Notes: generated from the letters alone by a model not told the origin. 64,000 nt of DNA from Calditrichia bacterium (GCA_050633245.1 JBOEGD010000018.1:64001-128000); one strand, 5' to 3'. Shown: positions 1-10,046, numbered from the stretch's first letter. Program-made: numbers and translations.

Positions 1-651
1 ATCTCTCATAAGATGAATAATCACGCCGGCTACATTGCGCCAGCAATTGTTCTGTTAAAAGAGCTGGCAAATGACAAATTGGATGACCCTGATATCACTA
101 GATTACTCGAAACCATGAATGAACATGTAAATCTGATACTGACCGAAACACATATTTTTCATACCCAAAATATATATTCTGAGGAGTTCAGCCTTAAAGA
201 TCTGGTGCGTTCCATTATTGATCAATTAAGTATTTCTGCTCCCGATGTTAAAATAGAATTTGAGTGCAAATGTGATAACGCGAACCTCATCGCGAATCGC
301 CATGAACTTCGATTAGCCATTTTTAGTGTAATTGAAAATTCAGTGCATGCAACGTCTGGTAACATTCACTCTGGAGAAATAACTATTCGAATGAGAAAAA
401 AACGCTTGCGAAAAGAAAAACTTTCTATTGTTGAAATTCTGATAGAAGACAATGGTTGTGGGATTCCAACGGCGCTTTTCGAAGCAGTTTTTAATATAAA
501 TACCAGCTACTGGGAAGACAGAACCGGGTCTGGTTATGGGTTATGGAGTGCGCAGAAGACTATTAGTGCCCAAGAAGGAAGCATAATAATAAAAGAAAGT
601 GAAATTGGTAAAGGGACAACATTTTTAGTACGCTTGCCAGTAATGAAATGA
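1..651 (+). CDS. Sensor histidine kinase, C-terminal part (5' end outside window)
   Basis: Frame open from base 1 (ISHKMNNH, H-box-like); N-box IENSVHA, G1 DNGCGI, G2 GSGYGL, GKGTTF. Confidence 0.85.
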   Translation: MSHKMNNHAGYIAPAIVLLKELANDKLDDPDITRLLETMNEHVNLILTETHIFHTQNIYSEEFSLKDLVRSIIDQLSISAPDVKIEFECKCDNANLIANRHELRLAIFSVIENSVHATSGNIHSGEITIRMRKKRLRKEKLSIVEILIEDNGCGIPTALFEAVFNINTSYWEDRTGSGYGLWSAQKTISAQEGSIIIKESEIGKGTTFLVRLPVMK

Positions 652-676
652 GACCTTCAAAACTCTGGAGTTGTTT

Positions 677-1084
677 ATGACAAGCAATAAGGCAAAAAGA
701 ATACTAATTGTTGATGATATGCCGGGTTGGAGAGAATTGTTAAGTTTGACTCTTAAAAGAATCGGATATGATATCACTTCTGTTGATAGCTTTAAGAATG
801 CCCAGAAAATGCTGGATGACTATAGGTTTGATCTTGCAGTCCTTGACAAACGTCTCGTTGATACAGACCCTTACAATATAGAGGGCATGATTCTACTCAA
901 GGAAATTCGTGAAAACTACCCTGCAATGAAAGTAATATTACTCACCGGATACCCTGACAAGGCTTTGAAAGAAAGGGCGCTTGATTATTATTCTGTAAAT
1001 CACTATCTGGAGAAAGTACCTCCTCAAAAGACTTTTGATATAGAAGAATTCCGTGAAATAGTTAACGATCTGCTAAGAGATTAA
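677..1084 (+). CDS. Single-domain response regulator receiver
   Basis: ILIVDD, DLAVLD (phospho-Asp), LLTGY, YLEK; GGAG at 667-670 before ATG 677. Confidence 0.9.
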   Translation: MTSNKAKRILIVDDMPGWRELLSLTLKRIGYDITSVDSFKNAQKMLDDYRFDLAVLDKRLVDTDPYNIEGMILLKEIRENYPAMKVILLTGYPDKALKERALDYYSVNHYLEKVPPQKTFDIEEFREIVNDLLRD

Positions 1085-2362
1085 ATGGAAAATAACACTA
1101 AACAGAATACTGTGCTCGTATTGGCTGCAGATCCTAAAGGAGACTCACAGTCTCAACTTGAAGAAGAAATCCAGGAAATCGAAGAGGGGTTGAAGCGTTC
1201 GAAATTACGTGAAACCTATAGCTTTCAGAAAAAAGTAATTAAAGACAGCAAAGATTTGCGACGTGCAATTTTAGATTGTGAGCCCAACATTATCCATTTT
1301 TGTAGCCGAGGGACAACGCAAGGCATTATGTTCGTGGATGATGAAGAGAACGCATATAGAGTATCGCCGGCTGCATTGGCCTCATTCTTTCAATCCTTTG
1401 CTGAGCAAATTGACTGTGTCTTTCTTAATGCCTGTTATGCCACAGACCAAGCAATTGCTCTAAATGAATATATTGAATATGTGGTAGGGTTTGAAGCAAC
1501 AGAACATGATTCACTTAAGACCGAATTTGCCGTAAGTTTTTATGATGCATTATGGGCTGGGAGAACTTTTGAACAAGCATTTCAACTGGGAGTAAGCACC
1601 CTCAAACTAAGTGGAGAACCTATAGAAAAATTGCCGGTGTTATTAAACCGTTTGGAGCGTTTTTATACTAACATCAAGATTGCTCAAAACGGTGAGATTA
1701 GTAACTCTCAAGACAATTTCAACCGGAATAAAGCACAACTTGCAGTTGCATATAATATGATTCCGTTCCTGAGAGAAGCACTTAGCAAAAAAAGTCAAAA
1801 TAACAAAGATGTTATTTGTTATTTAAACCGTATCGAAGCCGAGATTGAGCGAGTCGTACAACAAGAAACAGGTCAAAGGTCTATAAATCCGCAAGCATCA
1901 CTCATAGATGTGGTGAAAGTTCTAAAGGCGCTTATGACGCGAATTCAATTTATGTATGCACCTAATTTGTTTGTTCGTTTTAATAATCGTGCAGATCAAA
2001 CGAAGATATTTGCAGTGGAACATAGAATTACCGAGGCATTCAACAATATAATTTTAAGCTTGGCTCAATCTGCAAATAGTGCAGGTGAAATTAAAGTAGT
2101 GCTCCAAAACTCTGTTCAATCTGTATCGAACACTACTCTATTAAATATATCTATATCTCATTCTGGTAGAGTACCTGACAATAAAGTTTTTGAAACGGAT
2201 TCCGACACCGACTTTTGGTCAATTTCAAGAGACTCGGAGATGTCATTTTGGTATACCAAAAAGGTTGTTGAAGACCTTCAAGGGAAGGTCGTAGTAGCAA
2301 ACAATGTATCTGAAGGTAGGGTTGAGTTCATTATTCAATTACCTATTCAAGCCAAAGGTTAG
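1085..2362 (+). CDS. CHAT-domain protein fused to a degenerate HATPase_c-like domain
   Basis: VLVLAADP, LEEEIQEI, PNIIHFCSRG, VFLNACY, AVSFYDAL; C-terminus has EAFNNII...GRVEFIIQLP kinase-like fold without G-boxes. Confidence 0.75.
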   Translation: MENNTKQNTVLVLAADPKGDSQSQLEEEIQEIEEGLKRSKLRETYSFQKKVIKDSKDLRRAILDCEPNIIHFCSRGTTQGIMFVDDEENAYRVSPAALASFFQSFAEQIDCVFLNACYATDQAIALNEYIEYVVGFEATEHDSLKTEFAVSFYDALWAGRTFEQAFQLGVSTLKLSGEPIEKLPVLLNRLERFYTNIKIAQNGEISNSQDNFNRNKAQLAVAYNMIPFLREALSKKSQNNKDVICYLNRIEAEIERVVQQETGQRSINPQASLIDVVKVLKALMTRIQFMYAPNLFVRFNNRADQTKIFAVEHRITEAFNNIILSLAQSANSAGEIKVVLQNSVQSVSNTTLLNISISHSGRVPDNKVFETDSDTDFWSISRDSEMSFWYTKKVVEDLQGKVVVANNVSEGRVEFIIQLPIQAKG

Positions 2363-2604
2363 CTGAAAATCCTACCCGAAAAACTTCCTTCAATAGGTAA
2401 TATGGAGCCATTTCATTTTTAGAAAGTGATGACAAGTATTAGACACGGGACTTGCCGATAGACGGAAAGCGAGGGCTGTTCGACCCCGCCCGGACGAGTG
2501 TTCCGAGCTGAGGTGGTTTTTGGTTCGTTTTACGCTATCAAAACGAACAGGATAGAAATTGAACTCTTTCACTTGAAAAGGAAACTTGAACTTTGAACCT
2601 TTCG

Positions 2605-2640
2605 AAAAAAAGGGACCTTGACTCCCCAGGCAAGGTCCCT
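2605..2640 (-). terminator. Rho-independent terminator-like hairpin
   Basis: Perfect 10-bp stem AGGGACCTTG/CAAGGTCCCT followed by a T-run on the minus strand. Confidence 0.6.
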
Positions 2641-3013
2641 CGGCGCTTCACAGCAACCAAAGGTTGCATCGAAGCGTTTCAAATTATTTTGTATTACTAC
2701 CTCTCAACTCCGCAGAGGGCAGACAGGGTCAGTGGATCTGTAATCAAATATGCCCTGCTAAATAGCAGATGCCGAGATCTGGTATTTTTCGCAAAAAAAC
2801 GAATATTTTTTATTTTTTCCTTCCCGAGAGTTATATTACAAAATAAGGTGCTGCCAAATTTGGCGCAGCACAACACTTCCCAAAATTATTTGCGAAAACT
2901 ATGCAATTAGCACATCTATTTTGTAGCAATTAGATAATGCAGATGTTAGCAAATCTACGTCCGATAGTTAGTGGCTGTCGGCTTAACACCCTTACTCCTC
3001 CTGAGGAAAAACC

Positions 3014-6000
3014 ATGGCTGACAAAAAGAAAAAAGTGAAACACTTATATGCACTTTTAGTGGGTATCAATCGGTACGCCGGAGGTGTAACGAATCTATAT
3101 GGTTGTGTTCATGATGTACAATTAGTGGAGCAAACTCTGAAAACTGTTTATGCTAAGCGAGAAGGCTTCCAATTACACATCGAGGTGTTGACGAATGAAA
3201 ATGCTACTTATGACAATGTTGTTGCAGGATTTCGCAAGCATCTTTGTCAGGCAGATGCCGATTCGATTACTTACTTTCACTATAGTGGACACGGTAGTCG
3301 AAGACCCAGTGCCGAATTCTTTCATCGTGAGTATCCGGATGGGCTAGATGAGACTCTACTGTTACACGATAGTCGTTTGGCAGGAAAATATGAATTGGCT
3401 GATAAGGAACTGGCTGTTTTGGCTAATGAGGTTACAGCAAGCGGTGCGCATTTTACTGCAGTTTTAGATTGCTGTCATTCAGGAAGTATTTTTCGGGACG
3501 GTTATGAAGAGGATGAGGAGCATGGCGAAAAGGGAGTCCGCGAAGTACGGGGACTAAAAGATGCCAGACCACTACACACCTACCTGGATGGATACTATAC
3601 GAGGGCGGAGCGGAAAAGTATTCCATCTTCTAATTTTATCAACCTTTCAGCCTGTGCGGTAAATCAGGTTGCGAAGGAAGACTTTAACGCATTTCCTGGT
3701 TTGAGGCGTCTGCATGGTGTTTTTACGGTGCATTTAATGCGGGCTCTTGAAATGCAATCTGAAAAACTGGATTACACCCGACTTTTTCAGCAGGTGCGAT
3801 TTTCAATGGCTTCTGCAGGTTTTCGCCAATGTCCGCAATTTGAATCACATGGTAACTTTAATACCCGGAACATGTTTCTTTCTAACAAAACTGCTGAACA
3901 AGGCAAGATGTTTGAAGTGCGTTATGACAGTGGCCTGAAAAAGTGGATTGCTTCGGGCGGAAAGTTTCAAGGAATTGTGGAAGGAATGTGTCTACATGTA
4001 TTCGAATCTAATAGTGACATGAGCTTTCGCAAAGCAATTGTTATGGCAGTAGATGCCAACGAAAGTGTAGTGGAGACAGAACAAGACGACTTGAATAAAA
4101 AACATGTTTATTTTGCGCAGTTTGGACAATCACCCACTCATCAAATTGCTGTGTATCTCGATGGTGCAAAAAATAAATGCGATAGCATAAAACGCTGGTT
4201 TAGAGAAAAACAAGTTCAGACGGTCTTCTTTTCTGAAGAGCCTCGGGGCTGTCGTTTCATGATCCAGATACGGGATTCTAAATATACCCTTGTCGATCTG
4301 GAACGCAATAAGGAGATGGTTACCCATATTTTGTCTTCGCCTAAGCTTTATGAAAGGCTGTTGGAAACGTTTAACCATCTCTACCGTTGGCACGCTATCC
4401 GGGACATAAATCATCATGATGCACAGCTCGGACCGCAGGAAGTGCAGATTTGGTTCGAAATAAAAAACAAAAAGGGAGAATGGGAGTCATTTGACAGTTC
4501 GTTGATCAAGCTGGATTTTGTGCGTGAAGGCAGTGAGTGGCAATACGTGCCGTATCGTGTTCGCATAAAAAACAATACCAATACACCGCTGTCCGTGCGT
4601 CCTTTTATTATCGAAGAAGAAACGTTCCGGTCTGTTGCCATCGACGTTTTTGGCTTACCACCGGGTGAAACGATAGAGCTTTTTGATGATTACCTTGGTA
4701 TTCAAAATGAAGATGATCTGGCCGTTACAGACTATCTGAAGTTTGTTATTGCAACCCAGGATAAAGAAATCGACGCTTCGCAACTTTCTTTGTCGTCAAT
4801 AGAGCCTTTGCTAGAGCCTATTGCTGCTTTATCTCGTAGTGGAGGCGATAAGGGCCTGTTGATGAAGAAAAAGGTTGAGGAAAGTAAGTTGATGACCGGA
4901 GTATGGGTGTCCCGTACGCTAAAAATAAACATCAGACGGCGCGACAACCGCCTTGTTTCAACTCCGGTAGCCTTAGAGGGAGGACTGGTCCAACTACGAC
5001 CGCACTCTGCTATGACTGCAGAGGTCTCTTTCGCATCAGATCGAAGTGAACTCTATCGCAGCGAACGCTCCCCAATTGCAAACCTGCCGCTTGGTAAAGG
5101 CATTGAGGTCGTTAATCTAAGCGGTGCCAGAACTGTTGCAGCTTCTTTGATAGAACTAACAAATATTCAGTCTCCGGAGGCTGTTAGTGAAGACATGCCG
5201 TTGCAAATTGATGTTTCCATTCAACTGGAAGACGATGCCTATTTGGTTCCGATTGTGACTGATGGAGAAGATTGGATTGTCCTTCCGCACACTATGACCC
5301 GCAGTAAGGATGCTGTAGAGTTGGCCGTTGAACATCTTCCTGAGATTGAAGAGGAATTTCGAGTACGCAGTTTGGGAAAAGCCCTAAAAATGGCTTTTCT
5401 GAAAATCGTTTTTGGTAAGAAGAAAGTGAATTGGTTGCAAAAGATTGAATTTGATGCGGACGGTAGTTTTGAGCGCTCCGATGTTATGCACGAGGAAGTG
5501 AAAGTTGCAAAGAATATCTATGTGGCCGTGCATGGCATTATAGGAGATTCGGTTGCTGTAGCGGAGGGAATTCGCCTGGCTATCCGACAAAATGGTGGTG
5601 ATGCGGATAATATCGAAGAAAACTTGATTCTTACTTATGATTATGAAAATTTGAATACGTCTATTGAATCTACTGCTGATAATTTATCTTCCAAGCTAGA
5701 AGCTATTGGGCTACACGATGCTGAGATGCCCAAGATTACGATGATTGTGCATTCCATGGGAGGACTGGTAACCCGCACTTTACTTGAGCGAAATGATAAA
5801 TGGCACGGGCGCGTAAATAAAGTGATTTTTTGTGGCACGCCAAATGGTGGATCGCGTTTCGGAAAGATTCCGGATATCTGTCAGGTGCTAATTTCATTGG
5901 CTTCATTGGCTCTAAAGTTTGGCGGAGGTGGAATAGGATGGTTAGTCTCAACGGTGACAGCTTTGAAAAGCAGCAAAAATATAAACACAACGTTGACAGA

Positions 6001-6328
6001 AATGAATATCGGTTCAGAATTCCTGACACGTTTGGAAGAATCTACCGATCCGAAAATTGAATATCATGTTATTGCAGGCGATTTAGAGTCGTATTTGCGT
6101 AAAACTCCGGAACATCGTATAAAGTTATTGGAACGTATCGCAGTCGAATTGGGTGAAATTGTTTACAGTAATCAACCCAATGATATTGCAGTAGCAGTAG
6201 AAAGTATTAAATCAATTCCGAACAATCGCCAGCCGATACCGGTGATGGTTACGGTGCCGTGTCATCATTTGAATTATTTTGTTGAAGAGGCATCGCTGGA
6301 TGCACTTGCTTTGGCCCTAAAGACATAG
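3014..6328 (+). CDS. Caspase-like (peptidase C14) protease fused to a C-terminal alpha/beta hydrolase (lipase/esterase-like)
   Basis: ALLVGINRY, LYGCVHD, HYSGHGS (His), LDCCHSG (Cys); C-terminal VAVHGI, IVHSMGGL (Ser), GTPNGGS, NDIAV, CHHLNYF; GAGG RBS. Confidence 0.9.
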   Translation: MADKKKKVKHLYALLVGINRYAGGVTNLYGCVHDVQLVEQTLKTVYAKREGFQLHIEVLTNENATYDNVVAGFRKHLCQADADSITYFHYSGHGSRRPSAEFFHREYPDGLDETLLLHDSRLAGKYELADKELAVLANEVTASGAHFTAVLDCCHSGSIFRDGYEEDEEHGEKGVREVRGLKDARPLHTYLDGYYTRAERKSIPSSNFINLSACAVNQVAKEDFNAFPGLRRLHGVFTVHLMRALEMQSEKLDYTRLFQQVRFSMASAGFRQCPQFESHGNFNTRNMFLSNKTAEQGKMFEVRYDSGLKKWIASGGKFQGIVEGMCLHVFESNSDMSFRKAIVMAVDANESVVETEQDDLNKKHVYFAQFGQSPTHQIAVYLDGAKNKCDSIKRWFREKQVQTVFFSEEPRGCRFMIQIRDSKYTLVDLERNKEMVTHILSSPKLYERLLETFNHLYRWHAIRDINHHDAQLGPQEVQIWFEIKNKKGEWESFDSSLIKLDFVREGSEWQYVPYRVRIKNNTNTPLSVRPFIIEEETFRSVAIDVFGLPPGETIELFDDYLGIQNEDDLAVTDYLKFVIATQDKEIDASQLSLSSIEPLLEPIAALSRSGGDKGLLMKKKVEESKLMTGVWVSRTLKINIRRRDNRLVSTPVALEGGLVQLRPHSAMTAEVSFASDRSELYRSERSPIANLPLGKGIEVVNLSGARTVAASLIELTNIQSPEAVSEDMPLQIDVSIQLEDDAYLVPIVTDGEDWIVLPHTMTRSKDAVELAVEHLPEIEEEFRVRSLGKALKMAFLKIVFGKKKVNWLQKIEFDADGSFERSDVMHEEVKVAKNIYVAVHGIIGDSVAVAEGIRLAIRQNGGDADNIEENLILTYDYENLNTSIESTADNLSSKLEAIGLHDAEMPKITMIVHSMGGLVTRTLLERNDKWHGRVNKVIFCGTPNGGSRFGKIPDICQVLISLASLALKFGGGGIGWLVSTVTALKSSKNINTTLTEMNIGSEFLTRLEESTDPKIEYHVIAGDLESYLRKTPEHRIKLLERIAVELGEIVYSNQPNDIAVAVESIKSIPNNRQPIPVMVTVPCHHLNYFVEEASLDALALALKT

Positions 6329-6347
6329 GTGGTAGTTTGTTGCAGCA

Positions 6348-9300
6348 TTATCGGTTCTTGCGAACTTTGAAAAGCAACAGTAGAATGAATGCAATGATAG
6401 AAAGCAGAACGATGTAGTTCCATGGAAAGGAATGGTTCTCGCTGGTTATAGGATCAATTGAGCGATTGTAGCGCATCGGTGAACCATATAAAACATAAGG
6501 TGCCCAAAAGTAGGGGTGTTCAAAGTTCAGGAGACCACCCTGATCCGGTAAACCGTGCGAATTTTCTATTAGTTCCCGTTGGGCCAGAGCAAGTGCGGAA
6601 TCAGGTGGTAGCTCATTTTTCAACAGTTTCTGGTAAAACCTCGGCGTAAAGGCGTTTGAGTAGCCGGTATAAACCAGCCAGCGCGTTACAATAACTGACG
6701 AAATTCCGGCAGCAAAAAACTCTCTCGGTAAACCGACAAGGCCTTCCCCGATACTTTCCGCTTTTGATAGTGTTTCACAAGCATTTACCAGCAGAAGTCG
6801 GCTGGAAAAGCTATCCTGTTGGGCGATTTCATAGGCAAATGCGATACCGTCTTTTTCATCTTCCGATGCAAACAGCAACCCTTCATAGGCTTCAAAACTA
6901 CTAGTATTAATTCCATGAGTGGTAAGATGAACAATGCCTTCTTTTTTTAGCATTTCATAAAAAAGTGGTTCAGTTGCTTCGGATTTTTCGATCGGCACGG
7001 CATGCGGAGCAACACGTTTAATTCTATCGCGTTCCAAAGTATAGGTTCTAATGTCACTGAAATGCCATCTGTCACTGATATCTCCATGCCAGTCGTCGTT
7101 TTCTGGAGCTCCCTCCGGATCTTGCACCGGGTTAAGAAACATTGAAAAAGGCAAGTTAGATGAAATCGGTGTTTGGCTTAGGGGGTTAAGTTGCGTAATG
7201 GTGGGAAGCACGTTAAATATATAGCAATTTGCCAGGAATAGATCTTTATAAGCCTCAGGCGGGTCCTGCACGCGATAACTGTCCAAGGGCGTAGAATCGG
7301 TGAGTAGCGCAGGGAAAGGTAGCTGTATTAGTTCGTCGTCCGGGATAATGACAACTCGCTTTTTCAGCGAGGAAGTTAGCACTGTTTCTACAGGTAAAAT
7401 CAATTTAGAATATAGCCAATGCGCACTGTGGCTAAAAAACTGAACCTCATGTAGCTCGTCAGCCGGGCTTTGCAAAGGGCGAATTATTTTATTTACGTGA
7501 AAAACGAGAGAATCATATGCAGCATCAATGTGAATTAACTCAGATGAGCTATCGGTTGTTGCGTATACAAAAGATTCGTTCTCACTAATTTGAAATTGCA
7601 GAATCGAGCAGTTCAGGCGTCTGGCAATAGTTTGTAGTGAATCGGCAGTAATGGTAAGATCAGGTAATTTTCTTTGGTGCTCACGCTGAATCGCCAACTC
7701 GGTCGCCATGTAGTTGATTTCATGGTCATTTAGCTGGTTTTGAATGTCCTGCAACTTGGCATTCGATACGAACTTTCTGACACCAGCACGTAGCTGACTT
7801 CTGGCAGCATCCATGTCTGATGCAATGTCTCTCATCTTGGGAGAATCAATGATTTTACCGGATTCGATAAAACGCTCTTTTAAGGCCCGTGAACGACCCA
7901 TTTCAAAATAATATAAAATTTTATTTAGTGATTCATAAGATGGCTCCATTGTCCAGGTCTTTCGGTAACTTTCTGCCAAACGCTCATAAATTCCTTTCCC
8001 ACCTTTGAAGTAGCTACGCTGAAGCTGCTGTGAGTTTATCTGGAGGTGCGGCGCTTCGAAAGTATCAGCTGCTTGCATATAGAGTTGAATTGCGTCATTG
8101 ATATTGCCTAAAGCCATTACAATATCTCCGCGGATCATCGCCTCGTTCCAATATAGATCTGGATGTATTTTTTCACTTTGATTCCCAGCCAAAACTGCTG
8201 ATGCCATCGCAATATCTAATCTGGAAAGGGCCTTATTGTGTTGCCCGCGTTTCAGTTGAATTTGCGCAAGCCCCAGGTGATACCAAGGTTCGCTTCGAAA
8301 GCGTTGTGCACTTCTGGCAAGGTGAATTGCCTTCTCATAGCTGGAGACCGCCTCATCATATTGTTTCATCGCGACATAAGCTTCCCCCAGCTTGGCATGT
8401 TGAGAATACGTATCATTCTCTTTAAGTTGAGAGCTGTTTAACTTTCTTATCGCATCCTGCAAGTGTATTTTTGCAACGCCGGGTTTATTCAGGCCCAGAG
8501 CGATTCTCCCGTTAATGTCAGCAATGTTGCCACGAAAACGATTGTCTGTATTTTCCGTATAATCATAGATCAGGCGACTCAAGTCGTTTTGTGCAAATGG
8601 AAATTGATCTAGGTAAATATACACATGCGCTCGGTCTAGAAGAAGTTTGCGTAAACCTTCACTTTTCTTTTCCGCAATGGAGGAGGCTTCCTGATAAGCC
8701 CTGAAAGTTGCTGTAAAATTTGTCTCCATAAGTTGAGCATATGCCAGGTTGCGTAAACCATCTATCTTGCGTGGTAAATCTCTTATTAATTCGGAATAAG
8801 CTACGCTTTGTTCTGCTAGTGGAATAACCTTATCATAATCTTGGTTGAACTTATGGATATCGCTGAGGTGAGCGGCGGCTTCGGCAATAATTTTAGGGGC
8901 TTGGATCTTTTCTGCTCTCTTTAATGCATCTATTAACTGTTCTTTGCCTTTTTGATGGTAGCCACGTTTATATAACCTATCTCCATAGCGGCACTGGAGT
9001 GCTGTGGCGAAATGTAGTTGTCCAAGAGTTTTGGCGTGTTTTATGGCTTTTTCCCAAATCGTAAATGCAGTTGAATCTCCTAGCTTTTCAAATGAATATC
9101 CCCAGATTAACATTAGATAAGGATCTTGTTTTTCCGAATTGGAAAGTCTCTCGAATTGAGTCAATGCATCTTCATACTTACTGAAATGATAGTTATAGAT
9201 TGCCGCTATGAAGGCTTTTGAAAAACCAAATATCTTTTCTTGACTAATTCTTCTTTTTAGATCTGTGAGTGACGTGATATTTTCTTTTTCTAAGCAGTAG

Positions 9301-9716
9301 CGAATAAAATCACTTACAAGTTGAGGGTGGAATTTGGGTGCTGACTGCATTGCCGAGTTGAAGTGAAATAGAACAATATCCCGCGGGGCATTTTGGACGC
9401 TTTTATACCGCGCGAGTCGCCATTGCCCAAGCCACTTACCTGAGGCGCTTTTGCTAAAATCGGTATAAAATGTTAAAGCTGACTCTGGCCGATTACTTTT
9501 CAGATACCATTCTTCTAAGATAGAGCATGCCTCGTAAGGGCCGTTGTGTTCAAAGATATAGTTTTCAAGGCGGAGAATGCTGTCTTCTGTGGTTTTTGCA
9601 TGTAAGGAAGTTGCTAGCCACTGATGAAACTCGATGGACTTTTCCGGAGTTGCGTATAAGCATAATGAAAGTATAAATACAAGAATGCCTGGTAAGAGGG
9701 GAGTTCTTAAATTCAT
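6348..9716 (-). CDS. Exported TPR-repeat CHAT protease with C-terminal membrane anchor
   Basis: Signal peptide MNLRTPLLPGILVFILSLCLYA (AAGGA RBS before 9716); TPR helices; EMGRSRAL, IIPDDEL, HLTTHG (His), VNACET (Cys), HPYFWAPYVLYG; hydrophobic tail plus KVRKNR. Confidence 0.9.
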   Translation of the reverse strand: MNLRTPLLPGILVFILSLCLYATPEKSIEFHQWLATSLHAKTTEDSILRLENYIFEHNGPYEACSILEEWYLKSNRPESALTFYTDFSKSASGKWLGQWRLARYKSVQNAPRDIVLFHFNSAMQSAPKFHPQLVSDFIRYCLEKENITSLTDLKRRISQEKIFGFSKAFIAAIYNYHFSKYEDALTQFERLSNSEKQDPYLMLIWGYSFEKLGDSTAFTIWEKAIKHAKTLGQLHFATALQCRYGDRLYKRGYHQKGKEQLIDALKRAEKIQAPKIIAEAAAHLSDIHKFNQDYDKVIPLAEQSVAYSELIRDLPRKIDGLRNLAYAQLMETNFTATFRAYQEASSIAEKKSEGLRKLLLDRAHVYIYLDQFPFAQNDLSRLIYDYTENTDNRFRGNIADINGRIALGLNKPGVAKIHLQDAIRKLNSSQLKENDTYSQHAKLGEAYVAMKQYDEAVSSYEKAIHLARSAQRFRSEPWYHLGLAQIQLKRGQHNKALSRLDIAMASAVLAGNQSEKIHPDLYWNEAMIRGDIVMALGNINDAIQLYMQAADTFEAPHLQINSQQLQRSYFKGGKGIYERLAESYRKTWTMEPSYESLNKILYYFEMGRSRALKERFIESGKIIDSPKMRDIASDMDAARSQLRAGVRKFVSNAKLQDIQNQLNDHEINYMATELAIQREHQRKLPDLTITADSLQTIARRLNCSILQFQISENESFVYATTDSSSELIHIDAAYDSLVFHVNKIIRPLQSPADELHEVQFFSHSAHWLYSKLILPVETVLTSSLKKRVVIIPDDELIQLPFPALLTDSTPLDSYRVQDPPEAYKDLFLANCYIFNVLPTITQLNPLSQTPISSNLPFSMFLNPVQDPEGAPENDDWHGDISDRWHFSDIRTYTLERDRIKRVAPHAVPIEKSEATEPLFYEMLKKEGIVHLTTHGINTSSFEAYEGLLFASEDEKDGIAFAYEIAQQDSFSSRLLLVNACETLSKAESIGEGLVGLPREFFAAGISSVIVTRWLVYTGYSNAFTPRFYQKLLKNELPPDSALALAQRELIENSHGLPDQGGLLNFEHPYFWAPYVLYGSPMRYNRSIDPITSENHSFPWNYIVLLSIIAFILLLLFKVRKNR

Positions 9717-9740
9717 TACAACATCCTTTTGGCAGATAAC

Positions 9741-9775
9741 GTATTGTCGGCGACAAGCCATGTCGCCGACAATAC
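9741..9775. repeat. Perfect 15-bp inverted repeat between the peptide gene and the TPR-CHAT gene
   Basis: GTATTGTCGGCGACA-AGCCA-TGTCGCCGACAATAC, no U-tract. Confidence 0.8.
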
Positions 9776-9784
9776 CATTTAAAT

Positions 9785-9994
9785 CTAGCGGTTTCTAATA
9801 CCGCCGGTATTCGGTTTTTCACCTGAACCGGTAGGTTCTGTTGGTGGCGGATCCTCTCTGCCGCCTTCCAGTAATTTCTTTAATTCTTGTAATATGCTTT
9901 TTAAGTCGGACAATACGGATTTAAGGCTCGCGAGCACAATTAAAACCGCAATTTGCAGAATAACCAAGATTCCAATAATCACATAGAGTTCCAT
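9785..9994 (-). CDS. Small membrane-anchored protein (69 aa) with Pro/Gly-rich tail
   Basis: AGGAG RBS; N-terminal hydrophobic helix, heptad leucines, tail GGREDPPPTEPTGSGEKPNTGGIRNR. Confidence 0.75.
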   Translation of the reverse strand: MELYVIIGILVILQIAVLIVLASLKSVLSDLKSILQELKKLLEGGREDPPPTEPTGSGEKPNTGGIRNR

Positions 9995-10046
9995 GGTGGT
10001 GTCTCCTGTTTGAGTGACAGTTATGATGTGTTACTCAATAGATGTG

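Noticed and set aside
2466-2495. GGGCTGTTCGACCCCGCCCGG looks like a tRNA T-arm
   Set aside because: No cloverleaf, acceptor stem or anticodon arm could be built
2621-2631. Minus-strand GCCTGGGGAGT matches a conserved 16S rRNA stretch
   Set aside because: Only 11 nt, with no further rRNA similarity
2390-2910. Track ORFs 2390-2572 (-) and 2593-2910 (+)
   Set aside because: Alternative start codons, no RBS, no protein-like motifs, and they overlap hairpin-rich sequence
9834-9850. 17-nt exact match GGTTCTGTTGGTGGCGG (encoding PPTEP within PPPTEP) shared with 45321-45337, at the tails of two unrelated proteins
   Set aside because: A single 17-mer match within 64 kb has a rough chance expectation of order 0.1-0.2, and Pro-rich tails are low complexity; no flanking similarity
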